This document shows positions 23,139 to 34,739 of a DNA stretch of 64,000 nt, piece after piece. Under the pieces are notes generated by a model. The model was not told the origin of the DNA and ran no database searches. It worked only from the letters and a program-made list of their open reading frames with translations. The stretch's first letter is position 1, and every line of letters starts with the position of its first letter. A program made the translations under genes and the position numbers. Source of the stretch: Octopus sinensis. Lineage: Eukaryota. The DNA lies in NCBI RefSeq assembly GCF_006345805.1, contig NC_043014.1, positions 22,816,001 to 22,880,000 of the forward strand, given 5' to 3'.

Positions 23139-23793
23139 AGCAATAATAATTCTCTAAACGAGATATAGACAGTAACTACTCCATAACAAAAGGGACATTA
23201 GCCATTTGAATGTGGCTAGGGACAGGGCAGGGCGGTGTGGGTGTTACTGATGCATTTAGCCCCAGGCGATCATCAACGTCACCAGATAGGCTGACACCAT
23301 CACGGTGTCCTCTATCCTGCAAAGGGAGATCATTCCCCGAAGAAGCGGATGCCACATACAGACCCAGGTTTCGAGGTGTTTGCCTCTCGTCAACGTATGG
23401 TAGGCACCGCCCCTCGACGAACGACTCTCTGTGCAGGATATTTATATATAGATTTTCACGTAAATACATTTACTGATTTCGAAAATCTGTTCTGCTTCTT
23501 CGGGGAATGATCTCCCTTTGCAGGATAGAGGACACCGTGATGGTGTCAGCCTATCTGGTGACGTTGATGATCGCCTGGGGCTAAATGCATCAGTAACACC
23601 CTCACCGCCCTGCCCTGTCCCTAGCCACATTCAAATGGCTAATGTCCCTTTGGTTATGGAGCAGTTACTGTCTATATCTCGTTTAGAGAATTATTATTGC
23701 TGTCGAACAGATTTTCGAAATCAGTAAATGTATTTACGTGAAAATCTATATATAAATATCCTGCACAGAGAGTCGTTCGTCGAGGGGCGGTGC
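23139..23793. repeat. Double inverted duplication A-X-B'-A'-B
   Basis: A (23139-23346) vs A' (23494-23701): 208 bp with 3 mismatches. B' (23404-23492) vs B (23705-23793): 89 bp identical. Confidence 0.95.
23355..23399 (-). ncRNA. Minimal type-I hammerhead ribozyme (C3>U variant)
   Basis: CAUACG-UUGACGA-GAGG(CAAACA)CCUC-GAAA-CCUGG-GUC-UGUAUG: 6-bp helix I (one G-U), 4-bp helix II, near-palindromic helix III, GUC triplet. Confidence 0.8.
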
Positions 23794-24024
23794 AATGGCC
23801 CAGTGGTTAGTGCAGCGAACTCGCGGTTGTAGGATCGCGGTTTCGATTCCCAGACCGGGCGTTGTGAGTGTTTATTGAGCGAAAGCACCCAAAAGCTCCA
23901 CGAGGCTCCGGCAGGGGGTGGTGATCCCTGCTGTACTCTTTCACCACTCTTTCTTCTGTTGGCCTGCTCATTCCAAGGCTAAAACAATGTGAACGCATTG
24001 TGACCAGCGATGTGTAACTACATT

Positions 24025-24030
<6 letters not shown>
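23786..24030 (+). mobile_element. tRNA-derived SINE
   Basis: A-box TGGCCCAGTGG and B-box GGTTTCGATTCC; head about 150 bp homologous to 63703 onward. Confidence 0.85.
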
Positions 24031-24064
<34 letters not shown>

Positions 24065-24181
24065 ATAGATATTATAGATATACATGTATATACATATATG
24101 CATATACGTCTATACATCTATATATATATATACATATATATATGCATACATATATATACACATATATACATGCATACATGC

Positions 24182-25225
24182 GATGTAATAAAGGCTATTG
24201 ATGAAATGAAAACAAACTCAGCTACTGGCCCAGATGGATTCCCAGCAATCCTTCTAAAAGTATGTAAGAGAGTCCTAGCAAGACCACTGCAGTTCCTCTT
24301 TCAGAGCTTCCTTGCAACTGGAAAACTTCCAAGAAAACTGAAAGAGGGTAAAATATGCCCTATTCACAAAGGAGGTAGCAGAGCGGAGAAGAACTACAGA
24401 CCTATCTCTCTGACCTCACACATCAGCAAGGTCATGGAACGAATAGTCAGAAGGAAACTAATCACCTTCCTTGAAGAAAATGACTTGCTGCCTGACACTC
24501 AACATGGTTTCCGACCAGGAAGAAGCTGCTTAACTCAGCTGAAACGACTGTCAACCACTCAAATGTGGAAGTCATATATCTCGACTTTGCAAAGGCCTTT
24601 GATAAAGTCGATCATGGAATGCTATGTCACAAACTGCGTGATCTTGGCATAGTTGGAAAATTGGGAGAGTGGCTTCATGACTTTCTGAATGATAGAAGTC
24701 AGGTGGTAGTAGCCACTAACACACAAATAGTGAACGGTGTTCCGCAGGGCACTGTTTTGGGACCACTACTGTTCATAATGGCCCTCTCAGACATGCCCTC
24801 AGCCACGCAGAGAGCCACGATCACAAGTTATGCAGATAATACAAAAGTTTCACAGGCAATACAGAACCCTGAAGACACTAAGCACCTGCAATGTGAGCTG
24901 GACAAAATATACAAGTGGGCTGAAAAGAATAGCATGCAGTTCAATGCTGAAAAGTTTCAAGCTTTACGCTATCAGCACACAAAACTGAATGCAATACCCA
25001 ATAAATACACTGGACCTGGAGGGACTGCAATCCCAGAGGCACAATTAGTGCGAGACCTGGGTATTTACATGAGTGATGATGCAACCTTTCATGTGCATGT
25101 TGCTAAATTGGCAATGAAATGTAGGCGGCTGACCGGATGGATTCCTAGAACCTTCAGAACAAGAGACCAGGAAACCATGATGGTCCTCTGGAGGACACTT
25201 GTCCTAAGCCACTTTGACTATTGCT
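24182..25225 (+). pseudogene. CR1-type LINE reverse-transcriptase fragment
   Basis: [72 protein letters not shown] and YADNTK. Confidence 0.9.
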
Positions 25226-25847
25226 GGGACGAGGTGGTGAAGCATGACCTTCGAACTTTAGGTCTCACCAAGGAAATGACTAGAGACTGAGACTTTTGGA
25301 AGTATGCTGTGAGTGAGAAGACCCAGCAGGACAAATGAGACCCATGGCCTCTACCTGGGATATAGCCAGTCGACTTATGCACACCTTTCCTTCTTGGGAC
25401 ATAAAACTCTACTTGTGAAGACCTGTTGAGGCAAGTGAGAATCAGAATCAAAATCGAAATCGATCAACATCAATGGAAATTGTAGCTGTGATACCAGTGC
25501 CTGTGGCACGTAAGCGAACCATTTGAACGTAGCCATCCGAACGTGGCTCGTAAAAAGCACCATCCGATCATGGCCGTTGCCAGCCTCGCCTGCACCCCCA
25601 CCCCCGTGCCGGTGGCACATAAAATGCACAATATGACCGTGGCCGTTTGCCAGCCCCGTCTGGCACGTAAAAAGCACCCACTACGCTCACGGAGTGGTTG
25701 GCATTAGGAAGGGCACCCAGCCGTAGAAACATTGCCAGATCAGACTGGGCCTGGTGCAGCCTTCTGGCTTCCCAGACCCCAGTTGAACCGTTCAACCCAT
25801 GCTAGCATGGAAAGCGGACACTAATTGATGATGATGATGATGATGAT
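25224..25847 (+). mobile_element. RTE 3' end (copy G) fused directly to the CR1 fragment
   Basis: Starts at CTGGGACGAGGTGGTGAAGCATGACC and runs to a (GAT)n tail. Confidence 0.9.
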
Positions 25848-26611
25848 ATATATATATATATACATAATATATATATACATTATATATATATACATTATAT
25901 ATATATGTATGTGTGTGTGTGTATGTGTATGCATGAATATATGTGAGATAATAGTTTCAGTATTAATAGTAAAAGTATTAAACTGAAAGTATCTCACATT
26001 ATAACAGAGATGATATTGTTGCACTTTTGACATGTAATACTGAAATAGTAAGAGATAAAAGATTGCTCCAGGCTCACATTAGTCAAGTAGTTGAAAATTT
26101 TTTTGGCCCATGACACTGCATTGACCCTAAGTAAGGCATGTATAAAATTTGAAATCTGTTGGGTAGTTCTCAAGTTTTAGTGATGCACACAGAGAGACAG
26201 ACAGACTCACATTCTCAGTTTATATATAGATATATATATATAGAGAGAGAGAGAGATATATAAAGAGAGAGCCTGAGAGAGAGAGAGAGAGAGAAAGATA
26301 CACTAGCAATTTATAACATGATCATATGATGTAGTGAATGACTGTATGTGTGTGTATTAGCACATTAATAATGAGGTGAATGAAAAGTTACATGAATGAA
26401 TAAGAGAAATCCTTGTTTTTGATTTATCATGTGTATGTTGTTAAAAGTTGTACTGGATATGCCCATCCAATGAGAAACTACAGAGTTGTGTGAGAAAGTT
26501 CTTTTATTTTTCATGCAGTGATTTAGTTGTGGACAGGTTCTATAGTTATGTGAAGATGAGAAAAAATGACAGAGAAAGAGTGAGAAAGACAGAGAATGAA
26601 TGCATCTGTCC

Positions 26612-29600
26612 CAGGCATGTAGCTACGGGGGGGGGGTATAGGGTGCTCCCCCCCTGTTAGAATCTCAGCCCCTCCACCCCAGTATGAGAATTTGTTTTAT
26701 CCACTTTTGAAATACATTGTCACCACCTTTTCTTTTTCTCATAAGCAATATCTGAAGTCCCTAAAGATGCAATAAATTTAATTTCTTTTGCTTTAGTAGT
26801 GTGCAGAATTGGCTGCTGACTCGGTTGGATTAAGGAGTGGGTGATGCTGGGTCAGTTATTGTTGTTGCTGTGGTGCTCATGGTGGCGACAGCAGTGCTGG
26901 TGATTGTCCTTGTTGCTTGCTGTTGAAAAGTATGTGAAGAATTGTTGCTGTAGTTAGAAATTTATGGTAGTAAACGCATCACTACACACGTATATATTAA
27001 CAGGACATTAAAAAGTCATTTTATTTCCACTAATCAGAGAGGATTATTATTCGGGAAAAAGGAAAGAAAATTTTTGAAATTTCCAAAAGTATACATTCAG
27101 AATGTATTTTACAGGTGAGAACTTTCACTGAATAATTTTTCTTACTCTTTGAACAACATTTATACTGAAATTATTTTGTGTTTAGCTAAAAAAGCATAAC
27201 TTTGAAGAAATTGAAAAAAAAAAAAATTGCTTGAACCGAAATCTCTTTCGAGTTTAATTTAAAAATACATGAATTTTAAGAAATTGTTACTCTTACTACA
27301 ATATTCTACCTTAGAATTAGTTATTGTGAATATCAGTGCCCAAAAATAATGAATCACTACCAAAAAAGAAAACTGAAGCAATCATTGCTGAATTTCCAAT
27401 CTGATTCATCAAATAATGCTAGGCAGAAGAGAATTGCAAACCTAGTTTTGCAGCTCAAGGGGGGTCTTGCAAAGTCTTTGACACCCTCATTGGATGATCT
27501 AGGACAGGTTGACTGCCAACCAGTGCAGCCAGTTCTAGCAAAGTCTGATCCAAACATTTATGGAAATCAGAGACATGACTTCTCATCAAACTGGTATACT
27601 GGTTGTTTATGGTTAGAGTATTCTCTGTCAAAGAAAGCCTTGTATTGTTTTGCTTGTCAGCAGTTTAATACTTCTGCTCAAGCTGATACTTGTTTTATAA
27701 AAAACTAGCAGTATAACCCGGCCTTGCCCGGGATTAAGTTACGATCATTAAGCTAATCAAGTTCTTTGTTTCAAACCAAACTAAGTAATATAGACGTCGA
27801 ATTTGGGTGAAATCCGTTGAAATTAATTATATTATATATAAATAAAATAATATAAATATATATGGGCAACAGACACGAACACACATACACACACGTACGT
27901 ACACCTATTGCATGTTTTGTGCATGCATACATGTTCATAAACAGAAATGAATGAGAAAAATGTTGTTAAATTTGTAGATTAACACTGGCACAATTTTCAC
28001 TAAGAAAAAAAATCAGTTTTTTTTGCGTGGAATCAACTACTCTGGCCTCAAAACCCTTTTTGTGGTCCGTGAAACAGAGTGGGGTGTGGTGGAAGCCTCA
28101 CAAATTGTACCCATTTATATTGTGTAATTCGCTGACAAATTGTTACTCACCTCTTTGTTTCTTTGTTGTTAAATAAACGGATTGTCAACAAAACACTTTT
28201 TTACTTGGCGTAAAATAAAAACAAAACTCTTTCGCACCCAAAGTAATGTGTAAGAGAGAGAGGGGGGGGAGAAAGATGAACGATTTAAAATAAATAAATG
28301 ATTTAAAATAAATATATTGTAATTCGTTTTTGGATTTGGTTTGCAAGATTCTTTATATGAGTTTGTGGGGAGAGTCATTTTCTTTTTGTGCCTTATTATT
28401 TAACACACTCACCAGTAAAATTTCCAGTTATTTCTTATTTTTATTTTCCAAAAATTTTCGTTGCCTGTTGCAACCTTTTCAATAGTTTTGACTCTGTCCG
28501 TTATTTACACTGCATTCCCTTTTGTTTGTGCGCATGTGTGCTGGTCAGTATGTGTGTGTGTGCCTATACATGCACACATGTACGTAGTATGTGTGTGTGT
28601 TTGTATGTATATATGTGTTTGTATGCATATGTATATATGTATGTATGTGTGTGCATCTGTATGTATGTATCATGCATATTTATGTGCTTGCCTGTCTGTG
28701 TTAGTGTATTTTCTATGTATGTGTGTGTGAGCATGTGTTTGTATATATATATATGCACCTCTGTCTCCTTGTGTGTGCATATCTGTGTGTGTATGTGTTA
28801 TGTAACTATGTACCATATTTGTATGTATGGATGTGCATCTTTATATGTGTGGGTCCGTGTCTCCATACCTATCCGTCTGTATATTGATCTGTTTATTTAC
28901 ATATCTAACATACAAACACAGGCAAACACACACACACATACATACATGCATGCATGTATAGGCACACACACATGTGCACAAACAAACAAAAGGGAACGCA
29001 GTATATTGTAATTGTTGTGTGAGAAAGTATATATACTATGATTATAAAATATAGTGTCTTTCAAAAACAAAAAACAAAACATTTTACATTTTATTTTTTA
29101 TGAACGTCGTCACTTACTTTCTCTCTCTCTCTCCCTCTCTCACTTTGTCTTTCCCGTGAAACTCTCTGCCCCCTTCCACTTTTCTTTATCTTATTTTTTT
29201 TTGTTAGACGCCATCAAAAAAGCAATGACTGATATTTTTTATGGCTAAAAGCTATGTATGAAAATAGATCCCCCCCCCCGGTATCCGCGGGTGCCTTGCG
29301 GAAAAAATTAAGTTGACAAAATCCAGACAGGATGTTGACAAATGTCCTCCTAAAATTTGAGTGACATGCGTGCTAATTTGTGGATGTGCATAAATTACAA
29401 TAACGTACACACACACACACACACACACACGCAAACACATCATGCCTTTTATAGATATGATGGATATGATGGATATTCTAATTGGCATCATGCAAAAGAA
29501 AAAAACAAAAGTTTAAATAAGCACGCAAACTCTGATTCCCATATCTAAGCTATGGTAACATAGAATGCCAACAGCGTTTATTCACAACAATATCCGTGTC

Positions 29601-30313
29601 TTCAGTTTTGCAAAATGATCAGTTGAGCAAAAACAGTTATCATATCAGTTCCATTGTTGATATTGTTTATTTTCTTTGTGCAAACGAATTGCCTTTTCGA
29701 GGAAACGAAAATGAAGCTTTTAAGGATCTTTATTTGGAAGATGATACGTAGCCTTGTGGTCTTTTTATGAAATTATTCCAGTACACATTGGAGAAAGACT
29801 CAAAGTTAATAGAATGTTACAGCACAATTAAAAGAAATGCGACTTACACCTCTGCAGCAATGCAAAACGAAATCATCGAATTGTTGAGAAAACACACTGT
29901 CAGCCTCGTGGTTGATGTTTATTTGAAATTATATAAAAATAATGTCTAAAGACTTGGCTGTTATCTCTAGCATGTAGAAAGACCTTTTAGGCTTAACTAT
30001 GTGCTTGTTGAAAATCATTAAAAAAAATATTGGAGTCGATACATTCAACTAAAAATTCTTCAAGGTGATGCCCCAACATGACCTCGGTTTAATGATTGCA
30101 ACAAGTAAAATGAAAATAAAAACGAAATATATCAGAAGTTTTGACCAGGTTAGGCGTCAAGAAATGTGAAAAAAAAAAAAAATGAAAAAATAACTGAAAA
30201 ATATAAGCATGGTGCTTTTGTCCACTATAGCACTTTAAGTAGCAGCTTTTGTCCATACCCCTGTTCAGCACCCCCAGCTATCAAGATAGCACTCCCAGTT
30301 GCAATCGGCTCTG
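26612..30313 (+). mobile_element. hAT-superfamily transposon relic (TTF-type zinc finger / DUF4371-like region), split by a Helitron
   Basis: RHDFSSNWYTGCLWLEYSLSKKALYCFAC, then GYSNWHHAKEK...KHANSDSH, FLCANELPFRG and YTSAAMQNEIIELL. Terminal repeats are only weakly recognisable, so the ends are uncertain. Confidence 0.75.
27705..29460 (-). mobile_element. Non-autonomous Helitron-like insertion
   Basis: Minus-strand 3' end is CTAG (27705-27708) preceded by a CCCGG/CCGGG hairpin (27717-27732). The 5' TC lies at 29459-29460 or 29468-29469. Inserted at an A^T site with no TSD; removing it restores the hAT frame. Confidence 0.75.
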
Positions 30314-30559
30314 TCCTCTGACATATCATAATTTTTTAGTTTCGGTCATTTGTGTGGCAGATTGTTAATGTTGGCAAGTTCAGTTATCAAGCAATAGCTG
30401 ATATTAAACACCTCACAGTAACATGTTACTGTATCTGTCTTTCATTCCCCTGTCCAACTTGGTTTTCAACACTAGTCTTCTTCTGCTCTATCTGACTTAG
30501 TTTATTTAAAGCTTGACTGATTTGCAATCAACAGCTTTTGATTTGTTAGTTTAATGTTG

Positions 30560-31430
30560 ACCTCAGCATTCAATTTGAAAGTTCCTGTTTTTGTTCATGA
30601 AAATGTTCTTAATTGGATAAAAATCAAATTGAGGCAAAGACCAGCTACATATTCATTGCCATTCTAATCAAACCCATTTTAGTATTTCCCCTCATCACCT
30701 TCATGAACTCTGAGATATCATTCTTCAATTTCCTTTTCTGCCTTCTCAATCCCTTTCATGGAATCCATTCTGTGGTTCTTTTCATCCAGTTATTCTTCTC
30801 TGTTCTGTCTAAATTACCTGCCTGCCTTCACTTTGTTTTCACTCATTCTATAACTCCTGTCTTGCTTCTTATCACCATACATCTAATTCTGTCATTCAAC
30901 ATAATATTCAACATTCTTCTTTCCATGGTATATTGCTTTGTCTTAATTTTTTTCATCCTCTTATTCACCTTTCATGTTCTGCTCCTATATACTGCCTATA
31001 GTAAGACACATTAGCTGAAAACTCTCCTTTTTAATTGATAGTGGTAATTTTTTGTCATTTATCATTTCCTCTGTACCTTCTTAAAGAATGTTATCTTGTA
31101 ATTATTTTCAACTATTCTTTTGTATCTGATGTAACTGTTTGACCTAGCTGTTTGTAATCATCTATTTTCTCCGTTGTTGTGTTTCCTATGCTTATCTCTT
31201 CACATGTGTTGCAGTTTGTCATATACTTAGTTTTGCCCCTGTGCATGTTTAACCTCACATTTTTGCTGTATTTATTTGGTCTACTTATCCCTCTAATACC
31301 TTTAGATGTATTTGGAGTAATTGCTATGTGATCCACAAACTTAAGATCTATTAAAGATACTGTCCATCTTCCTGGAAATCTATTTCCTTAAATATTTCTT
31401 GCAAGTGCACACTTCCCACTATACTGTTCT
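30560..31430 (-). mobile_element. Old RTE/BovB-like LINE relic (second RTE family)
   Basis: LKFVDHIA...LNMHRGKTKYM...YKQLGQ and MERRMLNIMLNDRIR...NWMKRTTEWIP. Confidence 0.65.
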
Positions 31431-31549
31431 CTTCTGATGAGTGCTGAGATTGGTTTCTCCAAACTCTCATATACAAAACTGATTGGAAAAAGTGGCTATA
31501 TTATACAGATAAATAATATATTCACTTTCTTGACAAATACACAAGTGCC

Positions 31550-32990
31550 CATGTCAATTCAGATAACTGGTCCCTCTGTTGGGTTGGCATTCAGCAGACT
31601 ATCTTTCTCCCATTCATTCACTTTATTTAGCAACCTTTCATAGTGGCATCTCCAAACCTCTCTCTTTGCAGCCTCGTTTAATGCAAGTGAACCATCATCC
31701 AAGTGGACACATTTCTCTTTTAAGACATCACGATTCTCTCTCACACACTGTCTTTGGTCCTCACGGCACAGAACATTGGCAAATTTGTTCTTATCTGCTT
31801 CCTCTCTGGTTAAATAAACCTGTCTCCTAGCTTCCCTTCTGGCAGTCTGATACAATTCCCTGCTACCACTGTTCTTCCAGTCCTTCCAAGCTTGTTTCTT
31901 TTCCCTAATAGCCCTGTCAACAACATTGTTCCACCACCACATTATTTTGGGTCGAGAGGGGACTTTGCACCATCCACAGATCTGGTCAGTGGCCCTCAGC
32001 AGGTTGTCCCATAGAAACCTCCTGTTCTTCCACATCATGTGAATCTATATCCCCCTCTATTTCATCAAAAGCTGTGAGTGATACGTCTCTAAATCTCTGT
32101 CCATTCACAGGATCTTTAAGCTTCCACACCCTCCTCCTCATCTTCTGGGCATCCATTTAGCGCTGATCCTGAAGTCACTAACTACTAGTCTATGTTGTGG
32201 GGTACATTCTTCACCTGGAAAGTTTTGGCATTTATAAGCAGCCATCTTTCCCTTTTTCTGGTGAGGATGTAGTCAATCTGACTAGTGTGTCTACCAGATC
32301 GGTAGGTGACTAGGTGATGGCAGGTTTCCTGAAGTTAGTATTACAAACTATAAGATCATTTGCATCACAGAACTCCAGCAGCCTGGTTCCCTCCTTATTG
32401 TGGGAACCAAAACCATAGCCTCCATGTATGCCATGGAAGTCCCCTGCATGTTGTCCAATATGCCCATTGAAGTCACCAGCCACAAAGAGAAGGTCCCTGT
32501 CATTTGTCAACAAGGTAGTCTGCAAGAAAGTGTCATAAAATCGGTCTTTCTTTTCATCAGGTAGCCCCAGCTGAGGGGCATAGGCCAAGAGAATGGTTGC
32601 TAACCCATGATGTCGCACTTATCTAATCTTCAGTATTCTATTGCATACTCTGACTACCTCGATTACCTTATCAACCCATTTCTCCACAAGAAGTATACCC
32701 ACGCCCCCGACCCCATCAGTGTTCCCAGCCCAGAAAATCTTGTACCTGTGTTCTTTGCCAGTGAGGAACCTAGCGGAACCTCCTCTCTACCTTAATTCTT
32801 GGAGGCAGCACAAATCTACACATCTCCGTTCAAACAACTCAACAATCTCAACAGACTTACCTTTCAGTGTGCTCACGTTGAGTGTACCAACTTTGAGGAT
32901 GCAGGAGGTGTGGTCCCATGAAACCCTGGGATGGGGGACAGCAGCGTCATGTACCTGAAAAGAAAGCTCACATTTGGCAGAATTCATAAA
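31550..32990 (-). mobile_element. 5' part (APE endonuclease plus linker) of the main RTE family (copy H)
   Basis: LKVGTLNVSTLKG, CCLQELR, AYAPQLG, FVAGDFNGHIG, RLLEFCDANDLIVCNTNF and PQHRLVVSDF. Confidence 0.9.
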
Positions 32991-33589
32991 CAAACAATAA
33001 CCTTCAACCTGCATACACTACACCATCATTTTTATGCACTATATGATCACTACCTTAAATAGGAGATAAACCCTAAGAAGGGTTGGTGATGGCATTAAGC
33101 CTTTGGATGTGTTCATGGGAGACAGCCAAAGGATGACAAAGGATAGCAAGTTCTGGTACAGGTGGTGGTTTTGTACCACAAAATAGCAAAATTAGACAAG
33201 AGCATCTTCTGGATTCGTATTCTTTCAGTGGAGTTATTAAAATGGAGTAGGGGAATCCGAGCATGTGCACTAGTTTATATAGGGTGGGGTGGTGGAGGAG
33301 GGGAAGTGTTCGCGAAGCAAGTGGTTACCAAAACAGAGAGAGAGAGACAGAGTGAGACAGAGAGAGGGGGTGCCAAAGTTAGGGTGGTCGGGGATAGAAC
33401 ACGAGGGAAAAAGATATTCTTTTGGGATTTTGGGTCACATAATTTAATGAAACAGAAAATGCTGATAATAGTGAAATAGAATTGAAAAATCTTAGAATTT
33501 TAAAAATAAGAAAATTCTGGTGGTCAGAGCAAAACACAAGTTTACAAGTGGTTTTTAAGCTTTACGAATGGTCACATGTCACTTAAAAA

Positions 33590-33900
33590 CTAATCTCATT
33601 CAGGGTGACTCTCGACCTCCTGAACAAATGAAAACATGAAAATTCATGAACAGATCCTGGAGGACTATCACTGAACAACTGATAAACTTGTTGATATGAC
33701 TGGTGTATCCTAGAGCTCCTGTCAATGAATTTTGAGTGAGGAATTGTAAATGAAAAGAATTACAGCAAAATTTGTGCCTCACTTGCTCATGGAAGAACAA
33801 AAGCAGTCATGTTATGAACTGAAAAAGCAGTTGGAAGTTGAACTGGACCTTTTTTTTTCTAAGGTCATCACCAGTGATGAAAGCTGGCACTATGGAATTT
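33590..33900 (+). mobile_element. mariner transposase relic
   Basis: MKRITAKFVPHLLMEEQK...SKVITSDESWHY (WVPHxL and ITGDExW motifs). Confidence 0.8.
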
Positions 33901-33949
33901 GCAGATGTGGAAGAGGTGAAGAAAAAAATAAACGACAGATATATATATA

Positions 33950-34417
33950 TATAATCAAAATAAGCAACAAGGATATCCAAGGTCATGTAGTACAATTGTT
34001 TCATGCTACTTCATTTTATTAAACACTGTAAGTATTACATCAGTTTTAAAATGTCGAGCAGTCTTCAGCCACATATAGAATTTCTCAATTAAGCGAACAA
34101 TGCACATTCTTATACTTATTTCATTTGCCATACAGACAGACGGAGAATGAACATACAGACAGACGGAGAATGAACATACTACTATCATGTTCTTAATGAT
34201 GAAATTAACTTCTCTGTCTATATATCTACCCTTTTTGTAATGTTGGCAAATGAAATAAGTATAAGAATGTGCATTGTCCGTTTAATTGAAAAATTCTATA
34301 TGTGGCTGAAGATTGCTAGACATTTTAAAATTGATGTAATACTTACAGTGTTTAATAATAGCATGAAACAATTGTACTACATGATCTTGGATATCCTTGT
34401 TGCTTATTTTGATTATA
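33950..34417. mobile_element. Fold-back MITE-like element with ~175-bp arms
   Basis: 33950-34130 is the near reverse complement of 34244-34417; the spacer has a ~24-bp tandem duplication. Confidence 0.85.
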
Positions 34418-34473
34418 ATCACCACATTTGATTTATATGGATAATACCATACAAAGTTTTGGTGCCTTAAACT

Positions 34474-34513
34474 TAAGTACCATATTCATCTGAATCTAAA
34501 TTTTGCTGAACTT

Positions 34514-34558
<45 letters not shown>

Positions 34559-34604
34559 CTTACTTGGAAATGGATGATTGGCATTCAATTAAATAATAAT
34601 ATAG

Positions 34605-34649
<45 letters not shown>

Positions 34650-34689
34650 AAGTTCAGCAAAATTTAGATTCAGATGAATATGGTACTTA
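34474..34689. repeat. Second fold-back: ~45-bp unique arms extended by (AT)n
   Basis: TAAGTACCATATTCATCTGAATCTAAATTTTGCTGAACTTACAAATATAT... is repeated as a perfect reverse complement ending at 34689. Confidence 0.9.
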
Positions 34690-34739
34690 TATATATATAT
34701 TATTGTGTATATATATATATATATACATATGTACATGAA

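Noticed and set aside
23794-23870. tRNA gene (also 63711 and 55880-55958)
   Set aside because: A/B boxes are present but run into SINE bodies and tails, and no full cloverleaf is evident.
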